Shown here: in pieces, positions 22,161-33,212 of the stretch
Position numbering within the stretch: position 1 is the first letter of the stretch
How the letters are laid out: the number at the start of each line of letters is the position of its first letter
Assembly: GCA_963773065.1 (NCBI GenBank)
Contig: CAVYZN010000017.1
Location: forward strand, 107,887-171,886
Source of the DNA: an uncultured Gammaproteobacteria bacterium
GTDB lineage: Bacteria; Pseudomonadota; Gammaproteobacteria; UBA9214
DNA length: 64,000 bases
Direction of reading: 5' to 3'
Notes under the pieces: model-generated
Seen by the model: only the letters and a program-made list of their open reading frames with translations
What the model was told of the DNA's origin: nothing
Database searches by the model: none
Translations under genes and position numbers: made by a program

Positions 22161-23108
22161 CCGAAACGCAACGCAAACTGGCCGGTCGCGGTGACAAGGG
22201 CGTCCACGATTCCCTCCTCCGTGGCGGAATGGCCGGCATCCGGGATAATCTGCAGGCGCGACTGGGGCCACACCTTGTGCAGGGCCCAGGCCTGTTCAAC
22301 AGGACATACGACATCATAACGTCCATGCACGATGACGCCGGGAATACCATGCAGGCGTGCCGCATCACGCAGTATCTGATCCGGAGCCAGAAAACTGTCA
22401 TGCATGAAATAATGGCATTCGATGCGCGCCAGGCTCAGTGCGGTGTATGGATTCGTAAAATGACCAATCACTGATGCCCTGGGTAACAAGGTGGAGGCGC
22501 GCCCCTCCCACAACGACCATGCCTTGGCGGCAGCCATCCGCGCCAGCTCGTCATCGCCCGTCAGGCGGCGATAATAGGCATCAACCAGATTGCTCATGTT
22601 CCGCGGCAGGTATCGGCTGCAGATAATCTTCCCAGTAATCCGGTAACAGGGAAGAGGCGCCGTCCTGGTAGAACCAGTTGATATCCCTTGGACGACACAA
22701 AAAGATGCCACGCAAAATCAGCCCAAGCACATGTGACGAGTGGGTCTCGGCATAAATCAGTCCCAGGGTCGAACCCCAGGATCCACCAAAAATAATCCAG
22801 CGGTCTATGCCCAGCATGCCGCGGATGGTTTCCATATCCGTAACCAGTTCCCCGGTGTTGTTCCCGTTCAGTTCGGCATGCGGAAGCGAGCGCCCGCAAC
22901 CACGCTGGTCGAACAGGATGATGCGATAGATCTCAGGATTGAAGAACTGACGGTGATAGGCCTCGCACCCGGCTCCGGGTCCCCCGTGCACGAATATCAC
23001 CGGCAGACCATCGGCACGACCACACTCCTCTACATACAAACGGTGTCCCTGTGACACGGTAACGGAATGGGTCCGGAATGGTTCGATGGGTGGGTAAAGC
23101 CGGCTCAT
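22157..23108 (-). CDS. pip: Proline iminopeptidase; frameshift near 22590
   Basis: [35 protein letters not shown] across two frames. Confidence 0.93.
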
Positions 23109-23137
23109 GCAGCAAGCTTACCTGGAATGATCGATAC

Positions 23138-23169
23138 AAAAATGAAGGGCGTGCGAGACAGCACGCCCT
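23138..23169 (-). terminator. Probable intrinsic terminator after the DsrE-like gene
   Basis: GGGCGTGC-N6-GCACGCCC hairpin followed by TTCATTTTT on the minus strand. Confidence 0.55.
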
Positions 23170-23236
23170 CCTTGTTCATTACACCCGACGGTCCGGGCAT
23201 GCACGCAGTGGCGCTGGAACCACTACCTGATTTCGA

Positions 23237-23851
23237 CTAGATAAACAGACAAACGTCAGATTTCTGCGCCACTGGCAGGAATGATGTCGCACCGACGTAA
23301 TCAGTCACTTCGGGTATGAACTCGCTGTTGTCAAACCCGAATACGTCGACGGTCATCTGGCAGGCCACCATCTTGACTTCAGCTTCTATGCACAGTTCAC
23401 GCAGTTCCTCGATGCTCGCCACGCCCTTGTTCTTGAAGGTCTTCTTCATCAGCCCGGTGGCCACCTTTTCGAATCCGGGAATACCCGCCATGATCAGGTT
23501 TGGCATGGGCCATTCGATATCCTGAAACCACTTGGGGCCAAATGGCATCTTCATCGGCATGGCCGGGTTGCCCAGCGGGCTGACCTGAGCGGGTATTTCC
23601 TTTTTCAGCAACAGCAGGCCATAGAAAGTGAAAAAGATTTGTACATCCCAGCCCAACGCAGCCGCGGTAGATGCCAGAATGAAGGGAGGATAGGCCCAGT
23701 CCAGCGTGCCCTTGGTTGCGATGATCGCCATCGAAGGGGTCCTGGCCGCGTCGATCTTTTCCAGCTTTTTGGGTAAAAGCTCATCCAGCTTCTTGTCCAG
23801 CCACGCGTCCAGTTGCGCATTGCCCTGCATTTCATTAGCAGACGTTGACAT
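23237..23851 (-). CDS. DsrE2-like (DsrE/DsrF/DrsH family) sulfurtransferase
   Basis: IIATKGTLDWAYPPFILASTAAALG, IFFTFYGL, ACQMTVDVFG. Confidence 0.88.
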   Translation of the reverse strand: MSTSANEMQGNAQLDAWLDKKLDELLPKKLEKIDAARTPSMAIIATKGTLDWAYPPFILASTAAALGWDVQIFFTFYGLLLLKKEIPAQVSPLGNPAMPMKMPFGPKWFQDIEWPMPNLIMAGIPGFEKVATGLMKKTFKNKGVASIEELRELCIEAEVKMVACQMTVDVFGFDNSEFIPEVTDYVGATSFLPVAQKSDVCLFI

Positions 23852-24089
23852 CGTTTTTCTCCTCGGTTGCATATCCGGAATGGGTCAACCATTCCGGATT
23901 GTCTAAATTCCAATAATACAAATGTAATTGCTGCAAGCTTCGACCCGTTGACGTCATACAATAGCACTTAGTGCGGCCATGATGCGTCGAGTGAATTCAC
24001 ATCCTATTATAATCTTAGTTATAACATTACTATCTGGCTTATATGAGTTTTTTACTACATTCCTCTATTTTGCAATGGTTAATTCAATC

Positions 24090-24515
24090 TCAACACTGCT
24101 CCCACGGCAGGCCATGAAACCGCCACCCCCCGCTGGTACTGCGATGATGCGATTCATCCAGCTCGCCTTCAAACCCTTCCGCAACATTGTATACTTCCTT
24201 AAAACCATTTTCTATCAATAGCTTACCTGCTTCTAACGAGCGTTTGCCACTTCGGCATATCAGCAGTACCGGCGCATCGCTGTCATGCTCCTCCACTCCG
24301 ATACCGCCCAGCATGACCTTGCGGACCTCGGTCACGAAATGCGGGTTGACAACCCAATCTGGTTCATCGATCCACCCCACGTGCACACTGCCCTTGGGGT
24401 GACCTACGAACAGATACTCCATACTGGAACGCACATCGATCAACACAGCCCTGGGCTCCGCCTCCAACAATTTCCAGGCCTGCGCCGGCGTGAGCGTCTT
24501 TACCTTTGTGGTCAT
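24090..24515 (-). CDS. Rhodanese-like domain protein
   Basis: LIDVRS..EY..VGHP, ICRSGKRS, EGFEG, GWRFHGLPWEQ. Confidence 0.92.
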   Translation of the reverse strand: MTTKVKTLTPAQAWKLLEAEPRAVLIDVRSSMEYLFVGHPKGSVHVGWIDEPDWVVNPHFVTEVRKVMLGGIGVEEHDSDAPVLLICRSGKRSLEAGKLLIENGFKEVYNVAEGFEGELDESHHRSTSGGWRFHGLPWEQC

Positions 24516-24660
24516 CGTTCCCCCTATCAGTCCAAAGGCCAGAACCGGCTGTTCGACATGCAAATGCATTTTCCTCGTTAGCAACCCAAAATAGCAATAA
24601 CCGATTTATCCCTCCCCATACCGCTTGCCAGTCTTTACCGGTCTTCGGTAGTGTGCAGGC

Positions 24661-25383
24661 ATGAATACAACCCGCCCTCCCAAGTCACTGATGCGGCCCA
24701 TCGGTCGCGCCATCGGTGATTTTGACATGATACGCAGCGGCGACCGTATCCTGCTTGGCGTGTCGGGCGGCAAGGATTCACTCTCCTTGCTGCACATCAT
24801 GCTGCATCTGCGGAAATATTCCCCGGTGGAATTTGAGTTAGGCGTCATCACCGTCGATCCCCAGGTTGAAGGTTTTGATCCAAGCCCCCTGCGACCCTAT
24901 CTTGCCTCGCTGTCCGTGCCGTATTTCTACGAACAGCAGCCGCTGATGGAACGTGCCATGCACCACATGCAAAAGGATTCCTATTGTAGCTGGTGCGCGC
25001 GCATGAAACGCGGAATCATGTATGCCGTTGCGCGTCGTGAGCATTACAACGTACTGGCACTGGCTCAACATCTCGATGATCTGGCGGAAAGCTTCCTGAT
25101 GTCGGCGTTCCATGCCGGTCAGTTGCGCACCATGAAAGCCCATTACTTGATTGATGCCGGGGACCTGCGTGTGATTCGGCCACTGGTTTATGTCCGGGAG
25201 CGGCAGACACGTGCCTATGCACAAGCCTTGGGGCTCCCGGTGATCGGCGACAACTGCCCCGCCTGTTTTCGCATGCCGACACAGCGCATGCACATGAAGC
25301 AACTTCTCTCCAGCGAGGAGGCATCCAATGAACTGCTATTCAAGCGCATTTTATCGACTCTTAAACCACTCATGAGCCTGTGA
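24661..25383 (+). CDS. ttcA: tRNA 2-thiocytidine biosynthesis TtcA-family protein
   Basis: PP-loop SGGKDS, CSWCARMKRG, HLDD, IRPL, CPAC. Confidence 0.85.
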   Translation: MNTTRPPKSLMRPIGRAIGDFDMIRSGDRILLGVSGGKDSLSLLHIMLHLRKYSPVEFELGVITVDPQVEGFDPSPLRPYLASLSVPYFYEQQPLMERAMHHMQKDSYCSWCARMKRGIMYAVARREHYNVLALAQHLDDLAESFLMSAFHAGQLRTMKAHYLIDAGDLRVIRPLVYVRERQTRAYAQALGLPVIGDNCPACFRMPTQRMHMKQLLSSEEASNELLFKRILSTLKPLMSL

Positions 25384-25502
25384 TAAGACATCATTAAATG
25401 AATAATTTCCCCTTATCTTATTACTAACATTCATGTGAGTTGCATGACCGATACCGCCAATGACATTTTCAAGTGGAACACCTATGCAATCAATCAGCCA
25501 AT

Positions 25503-26384
25503 ATGCGTCTGATTTTAATAAAATCCATCCTATTGTCTTGTGCCTGGCTGCCGCTGCCGATTATTCATGGGCTGGGAACAGTTATCGGTTGGGGATTCAT
25601 GATCATCCCCAATCGCGTTTCCCGCGACACGAAGATCAATATCGGCCTGTGCTTTCCCGCTCTGACACAGATCCAACAGCGCCGCCTGATCCGCAAGAGC
25701 CTGATCGAAACCGGCAAGACCATCATGGAAACCAGCGCTCTCTGGATGCTCCCGGGGGAAAAGACCCTGCGGCTGATACGTTACATTGACGGTCTTGAAG
25801 TGGCGCTGAAAGCAAGGTTAACGGGTAACGGATTGATACTTGCCACACCTCATCTGGGCGCCTGGGAGGCAGCCGGTTTATACTGCACCGCCAGATTCGG
25901 GATGACCTGTCTCTACCGGCCACTGCGCATGATCGAACTGGAAGAACTGGTGCGTGACGCGCGTAGCCGACTCGGCGCAAATTACTTACCGGCCAATGCC
26001 ATTGGCATCCGCGCGGTGTACAAGGCAGTGGTGCAGGGTGGAACTGTGGCCATGCTGCCCGACCAGGAGCCTCAGACCGGCAGCGGTTCCTATGCGCCGT
26101 TTTTCGGCATACCCGCCTACAGCATGACATTGCTTGCCCGCCTAGCAAAAAGAACCGGCGCCCCGATTGTCTTCACCTATTGCGAGCGACTTGCCCGGGG
26201 TCGCGGTTATCACATCCATTTCCGCGAGGCGCCCCAGGGAGTCTATTCCATGGATACCGATGCCGCCGTCACGTCAATGAACCAGGCCATCGAAGGATTA
26301 ATCAGGGAATGCCCGGCACAATACCAGTGGAGTTACCGTCGTTTCAGTATACGACCGGAAGGTGAAGGATCTTTCTATAATTGA
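25503..26384 (+). CDS. Lipid A biosynthesis acyltransferase (LpxL/HtrB family)
   Basis: TPHLGAWE, LPDQEP, APFFG, PAQYQWSYRRF. Confidence 0.92.
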   Translation: MRLILIKSILLSCAWLPLPIIHGLGTVIGWGFMIIPNRVSRDTKINIGLCFPALTQIQQRRLIRKSLIETGKTIMETSALWMLPGEKTLRLIRYIDGLEVALKARLTGNGLILATPHLGAWEAAGLYCTARFGMTCLYRPLRMIELEELVRDARSRLGANYLPANAIGIRAVYKAVVQGGTVAMLPDQEPQTGSGSYAPFFGIPAYSMTLLARLAKRTGAPIVFTYCERLARGRGYHIHFREAPQGVYSMDTDAAVTSMNQAIEGLIRECPAQYQWSYRRFSIRPEGEGSFYN

Positions 26385-26541
26385 ACAGATATCTTGATGT
26401 GCTGCTGAATCCTGCAGTTGGTTATATACCTCGGTAATCATCCATCTCGGCGACTCGGTTAAGCAGGCCGTCTTGACAGCGGTGGCAATTTTCAAGCGCC
26501 TAGCATTCCTTGGCGCTTCACGGCGTCATGAGATTTCAGAT

Positions 26542-26859
26542 TTAAACGCTTTTCTTCAGCCGTTTCAAAAACACCAGCATCTCTTTCGCCGCCTGGATAT
26601 CTCCCTTCTGCCGTGCTGCCGCGATGCCCGTCTCATAGACGTGTATGGCCCCCTCGATATCACCCAGTTCCTGCAGCGCCTTACCGTAAACTTTCCAGGC
26701 GGCAGAATACCCAGGATCCTGCTTGACCGCCTGTTGCAGGTGTTCCACCGCACCCCTCGCCTCACCCTGCTTGAGCAAGACATTACCAAGAGTGAAGCGC
26801 AGCAATGCATTGTCCTGGCCGGCGGCGAGCATGGCTTCAAGATTTTCGCGCATACCCAT
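26542..26859 (-). CDS. Small TPR protein
   Basis: GQDNALLRFTLG, DPGYSAAWKVYGKAL, GDIQAAKEM. Confidence 0.88.
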   Translation of the reverse strand: MGMRENLEAMLAAGQDNALLRFTLGNVLLKQGEARGAVEHLQQAVKQDPGYSAAWKVYGKALQELGDIEGAIHVYETGIAAARQKGDIQAAKEMLVFLKRLKKSV

Positions 26860-26960
26860 CAGCGTCTCCAGCACACGCGTGCCAACAGAATCAGCAAAGT
26901 AACGACCTCAAGACACCCATAACATCGCAAAGCCTAGCGCCCACCTGGCTGGGTCATTTC
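26859..26960 (-). pseudogene. trkH: C-terminal relic of potassium uptake protein TrkH
   Basis: Manual translation ARWALGFAML / LEVVTLLILLARVCWRR*, matching the TrkH end (FAMLLGRLEIFTLLVL..FW). Confidence 0.65.
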
Positions 26961-27559
26961 TCACGACCTAATCGGTGCCAACATCGCCGAGAGGATGTTC
27001 GCCTCCTCGTCATTGGTCAGGGCGCAGATGACATCGGTGTTCTCGATGTTTTCATCAAGCAGCATCTCCTCGTCGGCGGCATCACCCAGCAGTACGATCG
27101 CCTTGTCAAGCTTCTCGGAGAGCAGGCGAGTGCGATCCTCGTTGCGTTCGATAATCTTGACCTGGTAGCGGCTTTCGATTGACATGGCCAGACGCATACC
27201 GATATTCCCGCCACCGGCCAGAATAACCCGCCTCACCGGCTTGTCGAGCTTGCGCAGTTCGCTCATTACGCCGCGGATATGGGAGTATGAAACAGCGTAT
27301 AGGCCACCTGACATGCAATCATGTTGGTCTCGTCGCTGCTGGTGACCGCAAGCACCATGTCCGCGTCATCGGCACCAGCCTGAGCGAGCGTCTCTGGATG
27401 AGATGCGTGGCCGGTAACCGTTCGTATGTCGAGCCGATCCTGTAGATCCTGCAGGATGGCCGGATTTTCATCCACCACGGTAATGTCGTTGGCTTCATTG
27501 GCCAGGTTGGTGGCGACTGACCCACCGACCTGACCTGCGCCCAGAATAATGATTTTCAT
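26961..27559 (-). pseudogene. trkA: TrkA with a large internal deletion and lost C-terminus
   Basis: [12 protein letters not shown]...YTLFHTP joined out of frame to [12 protein letters not shown]...GGGNIG...EANILSAMLA, then ends. Confidence 0.88.
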
Positions 27560-27615
27560 TTGCTGAACCCGGGCAGAGTGCTACCTGTAACCTGCAAAAT
27601 ACCGTAAAGCCGCCA

Positions 27616-28986
27616 TCACTCGGCCCCTTTTTTGTGCTCTATGCCCAGTGATCGCAGCTTCCTGTACAGGTGCGTACGCTCCATCCCCACGCGCTTGGCA
27701 AGCTTGCCGATACTGCCATCGCATGCACGCAACTGGTGTTCCAGGTAATCCTTTTCAAATTGATCACGCGCCTCGCGTAACGGCAGGTCGTAGGCCAGGA
27801 TCGGTGCCGGCCGCTCGCTGGAAGGGGGCGGCTGCGAGCTTATGGCGCGTTCAACCTCTTCCAGCTCGATCACCTCGCTGGTACCAAGGATAAGCAGGCG
27901 CTGAACCAGATTCTTGAGTTCCCGGATGTTGCCGGGCCATTCATAGTTACGCAGGCGATTTTGCGCCGCAAAGCTGAAGTGCCGGTAAGACAGCTTGTCA
28001 TTGATCACAAAATAATCGATGTAAAAATTCAGCAGGTCATGTACATCATCAGGATGCTCATTCAGGCTGGGTATGTGCAACGGCACCACATTCAGGTGGT
28101 AAAACAGGTCATCCCTGAACCTGCCAGCGGCCACTTCTTCCTCCAGCTTGCGCTGCGTGGTCGCGATGATGCGCAGGTCAACCTCGACATCCTCCTTACC
28201 GCCTAGCCGCGTAAACGAGCTTGTCTGTAATACGCCCAGCAGCCTTGTCTGGGTTTGCAGGTCCATATCGGAGATGTCTCCGATACACAAGGTACCTCCG
28301 TTTGCCTGTTCTAAACGTCCGTAGTGGATGTCCTCACCGTCTTCGTGCCCGAAGAACTCGGCCGCGGAATTTTCCTGCGAAATGGAGCCCACGGCAATCT
28401 CCACAAACGGCCCTTCGCGGCGCGGGCTTTCCTGGTGGATATAGCGCGCAAACGTTCCCTTTCCCGTTCCCGGTTCCCCGTAGATCAGTACCCAGCTCTT
28501 ATGCTGGGCAATCTTGCGCGCCTGTTCCCGGAGTTGTTCCATCACCCTGCTTTTTCCGATCGGCTCAATCACCGGCTGCGCGTGTTTTCGAAGACCGACA
28601 TTTTCCCTTTGCAGTTTGTCACTCTCGAACGCGCGCTCGATCGTCAGGAGGAGTTTGGCGAGTGATATGGGTTTTTCAATAAAGTCATAGGCGCCGAGGC
28701 GGGTCGCCTCCACCGCGGTTTCTACCGTTCCGTGTCCTGACATCATGACGACAGGGCAGGGCAGAACGCCGGATTCCGACCATTCACGCAGCAGGGTAAT
28801 GCCATCGACGTCTTCCATCCATATGTCAAGCAATATCAGGTCCGGACGCCGGGTCCGGCGCGCCTTGCGCGCCTCCTCCCCACCTGCTGCGGTGGTTACG
28901 GTATAACCCTCGTCCTCCAGAATATCGCGAACCAGGTTGCGAATATCCGGTTCATCATCGACAACAAGGATGTGGCGCGGCGTCAT
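27616..28986 (-). CDS. ntrX: NtrX-type response regulator (REC-AAA-HTH)
   Basis: LLDIWM, MMSGHGTVETAV, GEPGTGK, WPGNIREL, MERTHLYRKL; GAFTGA absent as in NtrX. Confidence 0.9.
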   Translation of the reverse strand: MTPRHILVVDDEPDIRNLVRDILEDEGYTVTTAAGGEEARKARRTRRPDLILLDIWMEDVDGITLLREWSESGVLPCPVVMMSGHGTVETAVEATRLGAYDFIEKPISLAKLLLTIERAFESDKLQRENVGLRKHAQPVIEPIGKSRVMEQLREQARKIAQHKSWVLIYGEPGTGKGTFARYIHQESPRREGPFVEIAVGSISQENSAAEFFGHEDGEDIHYGRLEQANGGTLCIGDISDMDLQTQTRLLGVLQTSSFTRLGGKEDVEVDLRIIATTQRKLEEEVAAGRFRDDLFYHLNVVPLHIPSLNEHPDDVHDLLNFYIDYFVINDKLSYRHFSFAAQNRLRNYEWPGNIRELKNLVQRLLILGTSEVIELEEVERAISSQPPPSSERPAPILAYDLPLREARDQFEKDYLEHQLRACDGSIGKLAKRVGMERTHLYRKLRSLGIEHKKGAE

Positions 28987-29065
28987 TTCTTAACTTTTAT
29001 CGTTAACTTTGTCATGAGGATATCCGGTGATTAACATTCACACTCATCCAGCTCCGGATGCAACA

Positions 29066-31310
29066 TTATATCCCACCATCATGCGCCGAAAATATTTTAT
29101 CGTCCCCGGCAGGATAAGAATCAGCGGCACAACCAGCCACCTCGGCTGTTTGCAGCCGGATTCGGATGCGCGCGCCCCCTTCGGTACTGCTTTCCGCAGC
29201 AATAATGCCGCCATGCTCTTCCACGATCTTTTTCACGATGGCCAGACCCAGCCCGCTGCCCCTGGGTTTCGTGGAAACATAGGGTTCAAATATATTGTTC
29301 AAGCACCCGGGCAGTAAAACCGGGGCCATTGTCATCGATTACAAGCTCGACATAACGCTTTCCTGACTCTTCGCCGGTATGCGTTGTTACCGTGATGCAG
29401 GCCTTCGGGGTTTCAGTAACGGCCTCCAGTGAGTTCTTGATGAGGTTATGCAAAAGCTGTCTGAGCCTGCCCGCATCACCCTCGATGCCGGCTTGGTCCG
29501 CATTCAGATGAGTAACAAACTGCACTTGCGAGTCACTGCCCCGGTAAAGTTCGAGCACTTCCAGCACCAGCAGATTCAGGTCAATCGGCTCCAGGCTGAT
29601 CTGGGGCACACGCGCATATTCACTGAAGGCATTGACCATTTTCTTCATAGCCTCGACCTGGTTGACAATCGTGCGTGTGGCGCGGTCCAGCACCTCGACA
29701 TCATCCTTGTCCATGCGCTCGATATACCGGCGGCGCAAGCGTTCCGCCGAGAGCTGGATCGGCGTCAGCGGGTTCTTTATCTCATGGGCAAGACGCCGTG
29801 CGACTTCACCCCAGGCGGCATCGCGTTGAGCCTGTATCAATGCGGTCACGTCATCGAACACGATAACCTTGCCATCCTTGTCTGAATTTGTACCCTTGAA
29901 TGAAGTACCCCGGCACATCAGGACCTGCCGCCCGTTGACGCCGAAAAGCGAGACCTCTTCCTGCCATATTTTCCTGCCAGTGCGGTGGTTTCTCGAGATC
30001 ACGTCGATGAACGGCCGGAGAAAGGCGTGATCTGCCCCCACTTCTGATAGCGCCTTGCCGAGATAGGTTTTGATATCGACACCAAGGTTCTGGCGCGCCG
30101 CACTGTTGACCGCGCGTATAACCCAATCTGCATCGAGACTAATCACCCCCGAGGAAAGATTGGCCAGTACGGCTTCCAGATAGGCGCGCTGGCCTTCGAC
30201 CTGCTGCTGGCTTTTACGGGCCTGATCACGCGCCTTGGCAAGATGTCGGGTCATGTCGTTGAAAGACCGCACCAGGAATCCCAGCTCATCATCGCTGGCG
30301 ACCGGCAAACGCTTGCTGTAATCCCCTTCAGCAATGGCACGGGTTGCTTCCGCCATGTCACTCACTGGCGCGACCAGCCGGCGCGCTGAGTGGAACGCCG
30401 CCCAGATCGCTGCGAGCAGACTTAACACGAGGACGATGGACAAGGTCAGGGTATAACTGAACTTGAGTGGCGTACGCAGATATGCCAGTTCCTTGTAGTG
30501 CCCGAAAGCAGACTGGACACTCTCGGCCAACACGCTGAGACGTTCCGATACGGTAAACAATGCCTGCAGAATATACACCTCATTGTCCTGCCGGGAGGAA
30601 AGCACCGGCACAAGGGCGCGCGCAAACAAGCCGGTTTCACCCACCGGATCCAGGCCGATATAGTGTTTGCCATCGCGCAGGACCTGCAACATCTCGCTGG
30701 ATGGCTGGTGCGGAATGATGTCTGTTGGATCAATACTGCTTGAGGCTATAATACGGCTGTCACTGCCGAGCAGCGTCAGTTCGGCTGCGCCGCTGCGCAC
30801 CCGCAGGTCATACAGGTTCAGTGAAAGCGTTGCTGCCGGTGATTCCGCTATCTCATCCGCGACGCTCTCCGTGACCCGCAGGACATCGCGCAAGCGTACG
30901 TCGAGAGCCGTACGGCTGAGATCCAGCGCATCCTCGAGCGCCTGTTCAATGCGCACATCAAACCAACTGTCGATACCGCGATGCAGGAACTGCAGGGAGA
31001 AATAGTACACGATGGATACCGGCACCACTGACAGTATCACGAATGTGATGACCAACCGGGTCATCAACTTCGCACCGGCGGCCTTTTTCCGCTGCTGGCT
31101 GAGCAGCCAGATAATGTTGGCGACCACGAGCGCGCCCAGCACCACAAGGCCCAGCGCATTGATCAACAGCAGCCATGAATACAGCTCGCCAAAGCGTTGC
31201 GAATTATGTGTAGCATCGCTCATATAGGCGAGCGATACCAGCAACAACGCAAACAGCAGCAGCATCGGCAGGAGACCGAAGCCGATGCGTTTTATCGAGC
31301 CAGTTGCCAT
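29066..31310 (-). CDS. ntrY: NtrY-type sensor histidine kinase; frameshift near 29310
   Basis: [52 protein letters not shown]. Confidence 0.9.
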
Positions 31311-31915
31311 TGATACCACTCGCTGTCCATATCCCAGGCGGACGAAATATAGGCAAGCAGTCGCACCGGGGTTGGCAGCGCCTCGATATCGAGGCTGCCA
31401 CGCAGGCGTACTGAATAACTCTCATCATTCCGCATCAAGGCATAATCCAGCACGGGATAATTGTGCACGAATCCGGCGGCCTGCAGCGCTTCATCCAGTG
31501 TTGGATAGCTGCGCTGTGCGCCGGTTGCGAGGTCCTTTACCAGATAAGTACGGCTGAGTGCGTGTAACTGAACTTGTCTGGCCTGCTTGTATTCGGCGAC
31601 CACGCTGTCCCATAACCAGGTGTGCTTTTCCAGCGTTTGAATCTGCAACTCGAACACCAGGGGCACACCGTTTTCCAGCGCCTCCCTCGGGCCTGAACTC
31701 AGATTGATAGCCATCCTGGCATCGAGCAGATATGCCTCATCACCTTTTTCTGTCCCGATTTCGGTAACCTTGAAGACGCCTGGTTGATCGGCCGCCGGAA
31801 GCCGGGTCGGAGTGCACAGAAAAACCCCGGCAAGCAGCGTCATCGTCAGCCACTGCACGCGGTTCACATAGATCCAATTGGTCTTTATACCGGCTATACG
31901 GCCTTGCGCATGCAT
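31292..31915 (-). CDS. DUF4390-family protein (start uncertain)
   Basis: EALENGVPL, LDIEALPTP; usual position between rsmB and ntrY. Confidence 0.8.
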   Translation of the reverse strand: MHAQGRIAGIKTNWIYVNRVQWLTMTLLAGVFLCTPTRLPAADQPGVFKVTEIGTEKGDEAYLLDARMAINLSSGPREALENGVPLVFELQIQTLEKHTWLWDSVVAEYKQARQVQLHALSRTYLVKDLATGAQRSYPTLDEALQAAGFVHNYPVLDYALMRNDESYSVRLRGSLDIEALPTPVRLLAYISSAWDMDSEWYQWQLAR

Positions 31916-33201
31916 GCAAAATAAAATCCGTCCATATCCTCCTCACCCGGCAATATCTGCCGACCGTGAGTACAGGATCGCCCCCAAGCCACTTCGATCG
32001 TCGTCGCCTCGGCATTCGTATGCGCAGAAAGAAAACGCTCAATCTGCCCCTCGTTCTCCTCAGCCAGCACGGAACAGGTCGTGTACAACAGCATACCGCC
32101 TGCCGCAAGCAAGGGCCACATGGTCTGCAGCAATTGTGCCTGTCGCATCACTAGTGCAGCAATATCCTGAGGCCTGCGTAACAGCTTGATATCGGGATGA
32201 CGCCTTATCACGCCGGTTGCCGTACAGGGCACATCGAGCAGTATGCGGTCAAAACACCGTCCATCCCACCAGGGTTCCGGATTGGCGGCATCGCCCTGTA
32301 TAACGCGTGCGGCGAGACCAAGGCGCAAGAGATTTTCCTCGATCCGTCGAACCCGGCTGGAATCGATCTCGACAGCCGTCAGGGATTCAAGATCGGGTTC
32401 GGATTCCAGGATGTGCGCCGTCTTGCCGCCGGGTGCTGCACAGGCATCCAGCACCCGCTGTCCGGCGGCCAGATCCAGCAAGCCGGTCGCCTGCTGGGCG
32501 GCGCCGTCCTGCACCGAAACCCAACCCTCGGCAAATCCTGGCAATGCTTCGACCGGCACCGGCGATTCAACAACGATGCCATGGGCGGCATGCCTCATTG
32601 CCCGGGCCTTGATTCCACCTTGCAGCATCAAGACCAGATAGTCATCGCGCCCTATCTGCCGCTGGTTCACCCGCAGCGACAATGGCGGGCGCTGGTTGCC
32701 GGCATCCAGGATGTTCTCCCAGTCCGCCGGCCAGTCCGTCTGCAACACATCGTTAAGCCATCCCGGATGTGCATAACGCGCCTCACGCGACTGCTCTGCC
32801 ACGGCGTCCAGCCGGACTGTTTCACGCTGATAGCCGCGCAGCACCGCGTTCACCAGGCCTGAAGCCCATTCCTTCTTAAGCTCACGGGTGGCCTGAACGG
32901 TCTCGTTAACGGCGACATGAGAAGGCACTCTCATGCGGGACAGCTGATACAGACCTGACAGCAGGAGGCAATACAGATCGCCATCGCGCTGCTTGAGTGG
33001 ACGTTTCAACTGGCGATCCAGAACCGCATGCAGGCGGTAATACCAACGAAGCGTCCCGTAGACCAGCTCCTGCACCAGCGCCCGCTGACTCGGGTCGGCA
33101 ACGGTTTTCAACGCCGCTGGCAGCACATCAGACAGCGATCTACCATCGCTAATGACCTGTGCGAGCGTTCTCGCGGCGCAGCTGCGTGCGTTCAATGACA
33201 C
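31894..33201 (-). CDS. rsmB: 16S rRNA m5C967 methyltransferase
   Basis: LDACAAPGGKT, LDVPC..TGVIRRHPD, YTTCS, DGFYFA. Confidence 0.97.
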   Translation of the reverse strand: MSLNARSCAARTLAQVISDGRSLSDVLPAALKTVADPSQRALVQELVYGTLRWYYRLHAVLDRQLKRPLKQRDGDLYCLLLSGLYQLSRMRVPSHVAVNETVQATRELKKEWASGLVNAVLRGYQRETVRLDAVAEQSREARYAHPGWLNDVLQTDWPADWENILDAGNQRPPLSLRVNQRQIGRDDYLVLMLQGGIKARAMRHAAHGIVVESPVPVEALPGFAEGWVSVQDGAAQQATGLLDLAAGQRVLDACAAPGGKTAHILESEPDLESLTAVEIDSSRVRRIEENLLRLGLAARVIQGDAANPEPWWDGRCFDRILLDVPCTATGVIRRHPDIKLLRRPQDIAALVMRQAQLLQTMWPLLAAGGMLLYTTCSVLAEENEGQIERFLSAHTNAEATTIEVAWGRSCTHGRQILPGEEDMDGFYFACMRKAV

Positions 33202-33212
33202 TCGCGGCCCGG

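Noticed and set aside
23948-23961. TTGACGTCATACAA as an FNR box upstream of dsrE2
   Set aside because: Three mismatches to TTGAT-N4-ATCAA; too weak.
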